The notes under the pieces: generated by a model
Seen by the model: only the letters and a program-made list of their open reading frames with translations
Told to the model about the DNA's origin: nothing
The model's database searches: none
NCBI GenBank assembly: GCA_002269645.1
Contig: NIVC01001097.1
Span: forward strand, 124,001-188,000
Direction: 5' to 3'
Origin: Macrostomum lignano
Taxonomy: Eukaryota
DNA length: 64,000 nt
Shown: positions 1 through 12,450 of the stretch, piece by piece
How positions within the stretch are numbered: position 1 is the stretch's first letter
Layout of the letters: each line of letters starts with the position of its first letter
Translations under genes and position numbers: made by a program

Positions 1-697
1 GTTGTGACTGCAGAGGCCTATTGTGCAACACATCGGCAGCAGCTCCCGGTGACTTTGGCTAGGAAAACAGTCAGAAATGGCTTAATGGATTCCGGGGATG
101 GAGTTGAAAGCAAAGCAACGCGGAGAAAGTGGAGAAACTGAGAGAGATTCTGGGAGGGCCGCGCGGGACTTGAGAACTCGTTGGATTTTGGGATTCTGGG
201 TGGCAAATAGGGTGATACATTCTTGTTGAACGGGAGATAAGAAGAGATTAGTGTCAGAGTACGCGAGAGTTCAGTATGGATTAATAGGGACGCTGAGGTA
301 TCGGCTGCTGTTGCACCTGGATCAGCTGTACTACTTAGGAGACTGCTCTCACTGCAGAATCCGAGGCAGGTAAAAAACACTTCCTCAAGCCAGAAATCTC
401 CCATCAACCTGCCGTTCTCTGCAAAGTTGATTTTTGCGGAGTGGAAGCCCCCGGCAGGAAGACGGCGGTGGGCGGTGCTCGGCTTCCCTCCAGTCTTTCG
501 GGCGGAAACGGCGCCGGCCCCGCCTGACTGCCGATGAGGTCGGGGGCTTCAGACTCATTAGGCTTATTGCTGCCGAGCAGAATTGGTCAGACATGAAATA
601 TGCTCCAATGTGGAAGGGAGGTTCCGAATCAGACAGATTCCATTGACTGAATTCCATCGTTGAAAAATTATCCCCATCCGAACTTCATTTCTCCCAG

Positions 698-3600
698 TTT
701 TCCCCTGCATTTCGGCGGCGGAGACGGCAACAACAGTGACTGTGGAGGCCGGCGACTTCGCCCTGCTGCCCTGCCTGGTCAGCGGCCTCAGCAAAGTTGA
801 GGTGAGTTCGCTCAGGAGATTCATCCAGGCTGGAGTCACTTCCCCAGATGTGACAGCTGAGGGGATTCAGTCAGGCTGGGGTCACTTCCCCAGGTGCGAC
901 AGCTGAGGGGATTCACTCAGGCTGGGGTCACTTCCCCAGGTGCGACAGCTGAGGGGATTCAGTCAGGCTGGGGTCACTTCCCCAGGTGCGACAGCTGAGG
1001 GGATTCACTCAGGCTGGGGTCACTTCCCCAGGTGCGACAGCTGAGGGGATTCAGTCAGGCTGGGGTCACTTCCCCAGGTGCGACAGCTGAGGGGATTCAG
1101 TCAGGCTGGGGTCACTTCCCCAGGTGCGACAGCTGAGGGGATTCAGTCAGGCTGGGGTCACTTCCCCAGGTGCCACAGCTGAAAGGATTCACTCAGGCTG
1201 GGGTCACTTCCCCAGGTGCGACAGCTGAGGGGATTCAGTCAGGCTGGGGTCACTTCCCCAGGTGCGACAGCTGAGGGGATTCAGTCAGGCTGGGGTCACT
1301 TCCCCAGGTGCCACAGCTGAAAGGATTCACTCAGGCTGGGGTCACTTCCCCAGGTGCGACAGCTGAGGGGATTCAGTCAGGCTGGGGTCACTTCCCCAGG
1401 TGCGACAGCTGAGGGGATTCAGTCAGGCTGGGGTCACTTCCCCAGGTGCCACAGCTGAAAGGATTCACTCAGGCTGGGGTCACTTCCCCAGGTGCGACAG
1501 CTGAGGGGATTCAGTCAGGCTGGGGTCACTTCCCCAGGTGCGACAGCTGAGGGGATTCAGTCAGGCTGGGGTCACTTCCCCAGGTGCGACAGCTGAGGGG
1601 ATTCACTCAGGCTGGGGTTAGTTTTCCAGGAGGAATTCCATCAGCGCCTGCTTACCAATTAGATTGATTGCCATTGCTCTGAGGCCGTGGGCTGTGCATT
1701 CCGCATATCGGTGGGTGGCCTGACCCCCTAACTTCTGACTTGCGCTCTACAGAAGCTGCATTCGCATTCACAGCATCGCGTGCCTGAGGCCAGGGGAAGA
1801 ATCACTAAAAGCAGACTATGAAAATGTTTGTGAGAAAAAAGATGAAGACAAGAGGTCCGCCATGCGGGTGGAGGGTGCGGGGAGCGATATGGCCAAGCAT
1901 GAGGAGCTCCATGGAATGCTGAGCAGAGGGAGCCGCGCGGAACCTGCGTGACTGGCAGAAGTCCTGAGCAGGTTTTGTTTCCAAGAAAAGCCAGCAAGGG
2001 ATTTCTGCGCGGAGAGTTTGGCATGCAGGTTTTTTGTCAGCGGGAGTTGTTCAGCTGGAATACCAAATTCTCGGGCAGAATTCCCACCGGCTGGGAGAAC
2101 AGCACCTCATCTGCGGTTGAGAAATTCCCTTGGGCGAGGCAGCTGGAGTGTCGAGTCGCTGGGTGCCGGCCACAGATGCTGGAAGCCGCTTTGACTTTCA
2201 AAAATCAGTGAGGCGGTTGCTTGTCGCGGCAAGCATAGAGGGCATTGTAGTACTGAGGCACTGAGGCACTGAGGGCATTGAGGGCACTGAGGCACTGAGG
2301 GCATTGAGGCGCTGAGGCACTGAGGACACTGAGGACACTGAGGGCACTGAGGACACTGTGAACACTGAGGGCACTGAGGACACTGAGGACACTGAGGACA
2401 CTGAGGACACTGAGGACACTGAGAACACTGAGGCACTGAGGACACTGAGGACACTGAGGGCACTGAGGACACTGAGAACACTGAGGACACTGAGGACACT
2501 GAGGACACTGAGGACACTGAGGACACTGAGAACACTGAGGACACTGAGAACACTGAAGGCACTGAGGACACTGGGGGCACTGGGGACACTGAGGACACTG
2601 AGGACACTGAGGACACTGAGGACACTGAGAACACTGAGGACACTGAGGGCACTGAGGACACTGAGGACACTGAAGACACTGAGAACACTGAGGACACTAA
2701 GGGCACTGAGGGCACTGAGGACACTGAGGACACTGAGGACACTGAGGACACTGGGGGCACTGAGGGCAATGAGGACACTGAGAACACTGAGGACACTGAG
2801 GGCACTGAGGATACTGGGGGCACTGAGGACACTGAGGACACTGAGAACACTGAGAACACTGAGGACACTGAGGGCACTGAGGACACTGAGAACACTGAGG
2901 GCACTGAGGACACTGAGGACACTGAGGACACTGAGGACACTGAGGACACTGAGAACACTGAGGCACTGAGGACACTGAGGACACTGAGGGCACTGAGGAC
3001 ACTGAGAACACTGAGGACACTGAGGACACTGAGGACACTGAGGACACTGAGGACACTGAGAACACTGAGGACACTGAGAACACTGAGGGCACTGAGGACA
3101 CTGGGGGCACTGGGGACACTGAGGACACTGAGGGCACTGAGGACACTGAGGACACTGAGGACACTGAGAACACTGAGGACACTGAGGACACTGAGGACAC
3201 TGAGGACACTGAAGACACTGAGAACACTGAGGACACTAAGGGCACTGAGGGCACTGAGGACACTGAGGACACTGAGGACACTGAGGACACTGGGGGCACT
3301 GAGGGCACTGAGGACACTGAGAACACTGAGGACACTGAGGGCACTGAGGATACTGGGGGCACTGAGGACACTGAGGACACTGAGAACACTGAGAACACTG
3401 AGGACACTGAGGGCACTGAGGACACTGAGGACACTGAGGACACTGAGGGCACTGAGGACACTGAGGACAGTGGGGGCACTGATTGCACTGAGGACACTGA
3501 GGACACTGAGGACACTGAGAACACTGAGGACACTGAGGACACTGAGGACACTGAGGACACTGAGGACACTGGGGGCACTGAGGGCACTGAAGACAATGAG

Positions 3601-6600
3601 GACACTGAGGCACTGAGCCCAAGCAGAGCGCGGCAATGCTCACAATGGCGCTAAGTGCATTAATCACGTCACAGCTTTTTATAAGAGTTGGTCTGACTGC
3701 TCATCTTTGATATTCTCGCCTAATCTTTTTTTTCCTCACTTAAGAAAACATTTTTAGATAAAAGATCTTTCTCCTCAAATAATGAGCTCAAGATTTTCCT
3801 ACAGGGTAAAGCCAGAATTTTTTCTTTTCTTTGCCGAGAAGCCGAAAAGCACAAAGTCAAGGCTTATATTTTTGCATATGCACAGCTCGCACTCGCAGAC
3901 GAGCTGAGTAAAGCAGAGCAAAAACCCAAAAAGTCAGACTGCGTTATTCATGAGTCTTCAAGAAGTTGAGAGCGGATTAACAGTAGAACTAACAAGGGGG
4001 CAAAGTATTCCGAAATTCCCCAATTTACACTTTTAACGATCGAGACATTCACAGATTATCCCATAAGCGCCAGTGTATTCAGTACACCCCTGTGCGCCAA
4101 TCAGCACCGCGCCTCAGCGCAGCCTTGCCAAGCCTCCAAATTTCAACAGCGCGTCGACCGCATGTGTCTGCATCAGCTGTGACTTCGTTGATCACTGGCG
4201 GAGCTTCTGGACCTTCAACAAGTGGCACCAGGTGACCATGAACACCCTGTTGCGAATTTCTCTAGTTTCGCTAATCTGGCCTCGACAGTGGGCAAATCTC
4301 AACTGCTGGACATCCTTAGCCAGTCCCGCAAGCGTTCCGTCTTCACCCCGACGCCGTCGGCATATGAGATTGACGTGCTGATGAAATTTGGAGGTTTGGC
4401 AAGGCCGCACTGAGGCGCAGTGCTGATTGGCGTACAGGGGTGTACTGAATACACTGGCGCTTATGGAAAAATCCGATCTTCTGGCAGAATCGTTGATTAT
4501 CTCGACGGTCCGGTGGGCTGGCGACTTGGTTCTTGCTTGAGAAGGTGCGCAACAAAAAGTTAGCTGGTGCTATTGAATTTTGTGTGCCTGCGTTGCTCCA
4601 ATCAGGCGCAGCAAAAAATGTCAGGGGCGGGTGATTCCCCCTTGGTAGTTGGACGGGCGAAAGAACGGTTTGGCATTCCTACTGTTGATCTGAGATGATT
4701 ATGAAATAATTCTATTGGCTAATAGCCAGCAAAGCAACAGCGCAGCCGTGTCGCGACCTTCTCCATCCTTTCTTCAGTTCACCTGCACTTGTCTCCGCTG
4801 CTCCTCCGCTGTTTTCTCTCTTTATCGCTCGCTTCTGATTGGCTCGTCAGTTTTCATCACTACCCCAGTCCTATACGTACATTGAGTCCCGATAAATGTA
4901 CGCATTAAAAATAAACTTTTAACTTGCGCCCACCCCACTGGTGAGTAGTTTACATTGAATTTAATTTAATGATCTTTTATTCATTCAGTTTCTCTACAAA
5001 GCAAGTTCTATCTCAAGTAGACATAACTCTACAAGCATTCAAAGTTTTAATCTCCGTAGCTTTGAGCCTTCAGAACTTTTCCAAGAAACGTAGAGCCCCG
5101 TCTGTCTTCTAGTGGTCCTTGAGGCACAAATTTGGAACGCAGCATACGGGTCTCCGGGATGAAGTCGTCGAGGGCCAGAGGCTTCCGCATTTTTCTCGGC
5201 CAGTAGCGCCGGCATTCGAGATCTGCTGGATACAGTTTCTGCTGGATGAGCTGGGTGGGGTCTCTGTAGGGAGATCGGAGCTGGCCGGGATAAAATATTT
5301 TGGCGGGCGCGCAGTTGTAGTGGAAATTTGAAACCCGACCCGGCCATGGGAAGCCGCCGGAGTCCCGGTTGGGGGCATTTAAGAATAAACTGCCCAGCGT
5401 CTGCTCAGCATCTGCTCAGCCTCCGGTCACCCTCGTCTCTACGCGGACCGGTCGGATTTCGTGCCGCCGGAGCTTCTCTTTTGAGGAGGAGAAAAGTTGT
5501 GGACTCTCGGGGCTGGCAAAATCCCACCTCCTCTTGAGCTCACCGTGTGCTCACCACCATCTTCAGGCTTCCTTAATCTTGCACTCTTCAGCGCCTTACT
5601 GGCTCGTACCTTTTGTCTCGGCTAGTTAGAATCTTTACTTGTATTATTAGCTTTCTGTACGGTTGAGCGAGTCGGACATGTGGCTGTGCCATGCTCTGTA
5701 TCCTAACCCCAGCCCTAACCCCAGCCCTAACCCTAACCCTAACCCTAACCATAACCCTAACCCTAGCCAAAGAAGCAGTGCAATGCAGATCCGAATGATA
5801 AACGCCAAGCGGAGTACCTTTTATGGACATATAGCATCGCTTTGATTTGCTATCTAACGAGTAGAAGGACAGATATGCTAAGTAGCAATGCGTGCCGAGA
5901 TTTCATATCCGAAGATTTTTGATATTATTAACCTTTGTATTTTGAGCCAAGAAATTCGTATCTCTCAGTTAGTCACGGCGGCAGTCTCCAGTGCACTGCC
6001 CCGGCATTGATAATATTGCAATAGTTATTAATCTGGGATCTGGCAGAGATATCAAACAGACAGCCTGCTCAGGCCGCCACAGGCCGTGTATCTCCATGGC
6101 CGGAGCAGGGCTGATCAGGAAACTGCTAATCAAGTTAATCAGAGGCATTGCCGGCATTGCGGATGTATGAATTGGATTGACAACAGGGCTGAGCGTCTTT
6201 GATTGATTGCCCAATCCGCCGGCCGAACCCGGTCAGGACATGCCACCGCATTCGCACCCGGCCCGGGGTCTGCACCACTTTTTCTGACTTATTGTGCGGC
6301 TTGATGGGGAAACAAAGGGCGCGGCCCCTGGCCTGAACGGGCACATGCATGCACAGGCTGCACTCCTGACAATGCTCAAGTCTCAAGGATGACTCAAAAA
6401 ATTTTTTATAGGAAGACACGCTGGCCTGGTTCGGGCCGAACTCGCCGGACTTCCCGCTGACTGTTGGCGACCGAGTGTTCACGCCGGACTCGAGGTTCGG
6501 CGTCGAGGCCCGGCAGCTGGGCCACTTTATGGAGTTCAGTCTGAGCATCAGCTTTGCCGCGGAGAGCGACTCGGGCCGCTACCGCTGCCAATTTGGCAGC

Positions 6601-9600
6601 CCGCCACGGAGACAGGAGGTCCTCCTGACTGTGCGGGGTGAGCGAGGGATCGATGGCCGTAAAGCTGCTTAAGAGCTGGGGTGGGGTGGGTGCAAGAATG
6701 AGGGGTGGGGACAGCCGGGGCGTGAGGTAGGTGCAGGAATGAGGGGTGGGACAGCCGGGCGTGGGGTGGATGCAGGAATGAGGGGTGGGGACAGTCGGGG
6801 CGTGAGGTGGGTGCAGGAATGAGGGGTGGGGACAGCCGGGGCGTGGGGTGGATGCAGGAATGAGGGGTGGGGACAGCTGGGGCGTGAGGTGGGTGCAGGA
6901 ATGAGGGGTGGGGACAGCTGGGACGTGAGGTGGATGCAGGAATGAGGGGTGGGGACAGCCGGGGCGTGAGGTGGGTGCAGGAATGAGGGGTGGGGACAGC
7001 TGGGGCGTGAAGTGGGTGCAGGAATGAGGGGTGGGGACAGCAGGGGCGTGAAGTGAAACAAGAAATGATGCAGGCATCTCGGCATTGCTCGTGTGGCTAT
7101 TTTTAAAAGTCCTAGGTTTTGGGAGGAAGACCGAAAGTGGAGATGCCCAACCTCAGCCCTCATTCCTGCAAGCAGCACACCCTTGACCACACCCAGGTTG
7201 CTGGAGGAAGTGAAACTTAGCAACAAATCGATGGCTAAGATTAGCAACAAGACCAATTAACATAGTCGTAAGTTTTGAACTTAGTCATGCCACTAAGGAT
7301 GTCCATTTTTTAGATTAAGAATTTTGCTCAAAACACGAAGTTCAGAGAAACATGAGACCGCAGCCGTTATTTGGCTATTTTTAGATACTTAGGGCTTTTG
7401 TTAGCTGACATAATTGCTAGTTTCGCTGTGCGGAATTTCTAAATTTATAAATTTCTGTTATGGAATAACAATGGCAGAAAGCACTGATTGCCTCAGACGC
7501 AGAGCTGAGATCTGTGGAGTCAGGTGTAGGCGAAACGCCTAGGGTAGGGGGTGGCATTGAGCAGAGTCTGATGCCCCCGGCCCTGCCCGCTAATGATACA
7601 CGGGTGGGATCGTCATTAGTATGGCGCGGCTGATGGAGACGGGCAGCTGGGGGAGCGTGATTATTCGCAGTTTGAGCTGGCGGGGAGGCTGCACCGAGCT
7701 AAAAAGACAAACCGCTGGGAGCAGGATGCGAGCTACAGATGAAGTACATTTGCTCGCTGAGCTGTTACGCGCGCATCCGGCCTTTACCTGCCCGGCCCTG
7801 TTAACTCCGCACCCCACGCCAAATGCTCGCATTTCAGGCGGTCCGACCGAGGTGGAACACGACTCAGGAAGTGAGTAACAGCTGGCGGCTCTGTTTGCTC
7901 AGATGGGGCACGGAAGAGGAGAGCTCGGGGGCTTGGAGAGAAGTGCAGTCTCCCTCTGCTCTGTTGCTACTTTTCTGGCCGTTTTCATCTATTAGAAGCA
8001 GCAGACGGAACAACAAAAGCGCTCCGGTTAAAGACCGACTGTGACCGAGTGACTGAACTGCCTGCTGAGACTGGACTGGCCACTTCAGCTTTGGGAGATG
8101 CTCACGCAGTCTTTGGGAGATGCTCACGCAGTCTTTGGGAGATGCTCACGCAGTCTTTGGGAGATGCTCACGCAGTCTTTGGGAGATGCTCACGCAGTCT
8201 GGGGGAGATGCTCACGCAGTCTCGGGGAGATGCTCACGCAGTCTGGGGGAGATGCTCACGCAGTCTCGGGGAGATTCTCACGCAGCAGTCTCGGGGGAGA
8301 TGCTCACGCAGTCTCGGGGAGATGCTCACGCAGTCTCGGGGGAGATGCTCACGCAGTCTCGGGGAGATTCTCACGCAGCAGTCTCGGGGGAGATGCTCAC
8401 GCAGTCTCGGGGAGATGCTCACGCAGTCTCGGGGGAGATGCTCACGCAGTCTCGGGGGAGATGCTCACGCAGTCTCGGGGGAGATGCTCACGCAGTCTCG
8501 GAGAGATGCTCACGCAGTCTGGGGGAGATGCTCACGCAGTCTCGGAGAGATGCTCACGCAGTCTCGGGGAGATGCTCACACAGTCTTGGGGAGATGCTCA
8601 CGCAGTCTCGGGGGAGATGCTCATGGGAGATTTTTAATGGATCTCAAGGAGATTTTCGCGGAGTCTGGGGGTAGATGCTCCGTAGTCTCATGAAGTCTTA
8701 CGGGAGATTCTCACTAGATCTGGGGGGAGATTTTTGTGAAATCTCGAGAGGAAAGAGATTATCATGGGATAATCTCAGCAGGCTCAAAGTCTCGGACGGA
8801 TTCACGGTAGGACGAACTTCAAAGGGGAGATTCTCAGGTCGGTAGTCGCACATAGCGCAGCCCAAATCACCTGTCAGTTTCTGTCAATGACAGGCCTGAT
8901 TGGCTTTCTTTCAGCCTTCGAAACCCCACTCGCCTCAGGTGATCGGAACAGCCCCTGGCTTGGCAGATAAACATGCATTCTGGCACCCCATGGCTGCACC
9001 ATCGCAATGTCTAATTTCCGGAATGCCCGGCCTCGCCCCTTCCCTCCCGCTCCCGCCACCGCCCTGGGAGAGCCGCTTTCGCACCTGCTGTCTGCCCAGT
9101 CCAACATTGTGAATGAGGGCGGTTGCCGGGCGGGGCCAGAATTCATCATTCTGCCACCCCCGCGCCCCCACTTAAAAATCCTCTCAACGTTTTTTCGAAA
9201 GGAAAACAACATTTTCTTAATTGCTCTTTCAATCTCTTAGGGAGATTAAGGAAAATGGTTGAACCACTTTTCGGACTTCGGTTTCTTAATTAAGAATGAG
9301 GGTGGGTCTTCCTGTCTATAGAATTCTGTGCAGTGGCCATCCTGACTGCGCCGCATTTTAGTCACCGCTAATATGTAGGAAAACTCCCTGCGAGTTCCCA
9401 CGGGGCGCTGCCAATGGGCGTACCCTTCTCAATGGAGATTCCTAAGGGAAATTCCTAAGATAGACTACAAAGGGGGCTCCAAAAGGGATTCCCAAAAGGA
9501 TTCCCAAAAGGGATTCCCAAAAGGATTCCCAAAGGAATTCCGAGGAATATTGCAAAATAGGAGTTTCCAAGGCGAATTCTCAAGTACGGAGTTTGAATGG

Positions 9601-12258
9601 CGAGTTCTTGAGCTAGGTTCTCAATGTGGTTTTCCCTAGGGGGATTTCCAAAGGGAGTTGCGACAGGGTTTTCCCTAGGGGGATTCCCAAAGGGAATTGC
9701 CACAGGGTTTTCCCTAGGGGGATTCCCAAAGGGAGTTGCCACAGGGTTTTCCCTAGGGGGATTCCCAAAGGGAGTTGCCACAGGGTTTTCCCTAGGGGGA
9801 TTCCCAAAGGGAGTTGCCACAGGGTTTTCCCTAGGGGGATTCCCAAAGGGAGTTGCCACAGGGTTTTCCCTAGGGGGATTCCCAAAGGGAGTTGCCACAG
9901 GGTTTTCCCTAGGGAGATTCCCAAAGGGAGTTGCCACAGTGTTTTCCCTAGGGGGATTCCCAAAGGGAGTTGCCACAGGGTTTTCCCTAGGGGAATTCCC
10001 AAAGGGAGTTGCCACAGAGTTTTCCCTAGGGGGATTCCCAAAGGGAGTTGCCACAGGGTTTTCCCTAGGGGGATTCCCAAAGGGAGTTGCCACAGGGTTT
10101 TCCCTAGGGGGATTCCCAAAGGGAGTTGCCACAGAGTTTTCCCTAGGGGGATTTCCAAAGGGAGTTGCCACAGGGTTTTCCCTAGGGGGATTCCCAAAAT
10201 GGATTTAGCAAGGGGGTTTCTAAGGGTGGAATTTACAAGCATTGAATAAGTTTTATTTAGAACAACTCTGCGCCAGAAATTTCTCGAGCCCCTGGTACGC
10301 ACAAGGGGGAGAACAGCTGCATATTCCCGCTGCTGGGTTCGGCTCTACTGGCTGGCAACTATTCAGAGCTGATTATGAAAAGTGCTCAATTCGAAATGCA
10401 GACTGTTCGAATACTTTGGAAAGTCTCGAGTAGTCATGGGAAGTAAAAATCCGAGTTTATGCTTGCAGTTTTATGGTCACAGTGGGATCCGCCAGTCCGC
10501 ATGTCCCGCAGTCATTAATAATTAATTAGGGTGCGATCATCCTGCAGACGCTGATTTGGCCTTTTTTGCCTGCTCGATCCGTGTCCAAATTCTCGGAAAA
10601 CCAAGATTTACAGTCAAGACAGCACAGTTAGGAACACTGCAGCACTGCAACACTGCAACACTGCAGCACTGCAACACTGCAACACTGCAACATTGCAGCA
10701 CTGCAACACTGCAACACTGCAAAACTGCAACACTGCAACACTGCAGCACTGCAACACTGCAACACTGCAACACTGCAACATTGCAACACTGCAACACTGC
10801 AACACTGCAAAACTGCAACACTGCAACACTGCAGCACTGCAACACTGCAACACTGCAACACTGCAACATTGCAGCACTGCAACACTGCAACACTGCAAAA
10901 CTGCAACACTGCAACACTGCAGCACTGCAACACTGCAACACTGCAACACTGCAACATTGCAGCACTGCAACACTGCAACACTGCAAAACTGCAACACTGC
11001 AACACTGCAACACTGCAACACTGCAACACTGCAACACTGCAACACTGCAGCACTACAACACTGCAACACTGCAACACTGCAGCACTGCAACACTGCAACA
11101 CTGCAACACTGCAGCACTGCAACACTGCAACACTGCAACACTGCAACATTGCAGCACTGCAACACTGCAACACTGCAACACTGCAGCACTGCAACACTGC
11201 AACACTGCAACACTGCAACACTGCAACACTGCAACATTGCAGCACTGCAACACTGCAACACTGCAACACTGCAACACCAGAACGCCACTCTCCCCGCCAG
11301 TCTCCACAGTCCTGCCCAGGCTGGTTCGCCTCGGCGACACGGCCAGCCTGCGCTGCAGCAGCCTCATGAGCCGCCAGGAGGAGATCGACCTCAACTGGCA
11401 GCGGGCCAGCGGGCTCTGGGCGGTTGGCGACGAAGCCGACCGGATCAGCCGGACCAAGCAAATCAGCTCCGAGGGTCGCCGCACCCGCCTGACCTCCTGG
11501 CTGAACATCCGGGACGCAAGGCTGAGCGACGCCGGCGAGTTTCGGTGCGTCCGCAGCCTGCGAGGCGTCGACGGAGTTGAGAGGCGGGACACCGCCACTG
11601 TGCTGCTGAAGGGTGAGTTGCCTGAGGGCTGAGGTGACTGCTGAGCTGCTGAAGGGTGAGTTGCCTGAGGGCTGAAGTGGGTGCTGAGCTGCTGAGGTGG
11701 GTGCTGAGCTGCTGAGGTGGGTGCTGAGCTGCTGAGGTGGGTGCTGAGCTGTTGAGGTGGGTGCTGAGGCTGTCAACCGGCCACGCCCGCCCGCAGTCCG
11801 GCTGAGCCGCAGTCAGTTCCTACAGCTTCGTTGGACAACGCGGGCGCCGATGCCGGCGGCCACCCGGGCGCCGCCGCCAGAGCCGGCCAGCTGGCAGGTC
11901 GGTGCTGACCGCCTGTCCGGCAGCAGCGGAGGCCGCGGCAGCGGCCACGGCTCAGAATCGCCTGATTTCACGGACAGAGCTCAGAGCGATGGTGAGTGAC
12001 AGTGTGAAGAATCTGGTAGATTTCCGAGCCCACCCAGAGCTCATTCATTCACTCATTGGTCGCCTCATCCGCATCCCAGCCTCCGCAGGGCGAGCGGCAG
12101 TGGAGCGTTACGGACTGCATCAGGGGCTGGACGGCGAGTCCGGGCGGCAGCAGCATCGGGGGCGGCCCGCAAACTCGGCAGTCCGGCCCGGCGCGCTGGC
12201 TGCGGCGCCAGCTCTGGCTGCGGCGCTGGCTGTCTGGCGCCATCGATCTGCCTGCTGA
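698..12258 (+). CDS. Two-Ig-domain, probably GPI-anchored cell-surface protein (Dpr/DIP/Lachesin/IgLON-like); signal-peptide exon not located
   Basis: Exons 698-801, 6412-6637, 11301-11612, 11797-11991, 12089-12258; all AG/GT bounded with matching phases (0,1,1,1). Ig1: VTVEAGDFALLPC..LAW..PLTVGDRVFTPDSRF..FSLSI..ESDSGRYRCQ (Dpr/DIP-like LTVG..T.D.RF motif). Ig2: LGDTASLRC..LNW..LNIRDARLSDAGEFRC. C-terminus ANSAVRPGALAAAPALAAALAVWRHRSAC* resembles a GPI signal. Confidence 0.8.
815..1618. repeat. 46-bp minisatellite, ~17 copies, at the start of intron 1 of the Ig gene
   Basis: Unit gctgaggggattcagtcaggctggggtcacttccccaggtgcgaca; period 901->947. Confidence 0.95.
2255..3615. repeat. 9-bp minisatellite (cactgagga)n with a ~530-540 bp higher-order duplication
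   Basis: Direct reading; rare variants recur at 2431/2961 and 2698/3237. Confidence 0.95.
4061..4625. mobile_element. Dispersed repeat family copy with 90-bp inverted arms (fold-back/MITE-like), non-coding
   Basis: 4061-4150 and 4377-4466 are reverse complements (about 6 mismatches in 90). Homologous sequence occurs at ~33860-34035 and ~62315-62650. Confidence 0.7.
5701..5765. repeat. Short interstitial telomere-like (CCCTAA)n tract
   Basis: cctaaccccagccctaaccccagccctaaccctaaccctaaccctaaccataaccctaaccctagcc. Confidence 0.8.
6672..7055. repeat. ~41-bp G-rich minisatellite just after the exon-2 donor
   Basis: Unit ggtgcaggaatgaggggtggggacagccggggcgtgaggtg. Confidence 0.9.
8090..8700. repeat. 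~20-22-bp minisatellite (gggagatgctcacgcagtctc)
   Basis: Direct reading; explains ORFs 8049-8693. Confidence 0.9.
9630..10200. repeat. 39-bp minisatellite, with degenerate units back to ~9420
   Basis: Unit gggagttgccacagggttttccctagggggattcccaaa. Confidence 0.93.
10634..11278. repeat. 8-bp repeat (ctgcaaca)n ending ~20 bp before the Ig2 exon acceptor
   Basis: Direct reading. Confidence 0.95.
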
Positions 12259-12284
12259 AATTTGACTCTGGGGGCCTGTAGGGC

Positions 12285-12450
12285 TGCAGACCCGCTGTGG
12301 GGATCACTGTCTGCTGGGATCACTGCAGACCCGCTGTGGGGATCACTGTCTGCTGGGATCACTGCAGACCCGCTGTGGGGATCACTGTCTGCTGGGATCA
12401 CTGCAGACCCGCTGTGGGGATCACTGCAGACCCCCTGTGGGGATCACTGC
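12285..12450. repeat. 39-bp minisatellite just 3' of the Ig gene stop
   Basis: Unit ctgcagacccgctgtggggatcactgtctgctgggatca. Confidence 0.85.

Noticed and set aside
815-1618. CRISPR-like appearance (palindromic repeat units)
   Set aside because: There are no unique spacers or cas genes, and the context is a eukaryotic intron.
1948-2211. Candidate Ig-gene exon (RELFSWNTKF..)
   Set aside because: It has no Ig motif, and exon 698-801 joins in phase to 6412 to complete the domain.
2107-3667. Long ORFs (509, 302 and 203 aa) of SVL/PQC/LRT repeats
   Set aside because: They are translations of a 9-bp minisatellite, open in several frames and on both strands.
8049-11288. Repeat ORFs (MLTQS.., ATPFGNPPREN.., LQCCSVAV..)
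   Set aside because: They are intronic tandem-repeat translations; only 11301-11612 is a real exon.
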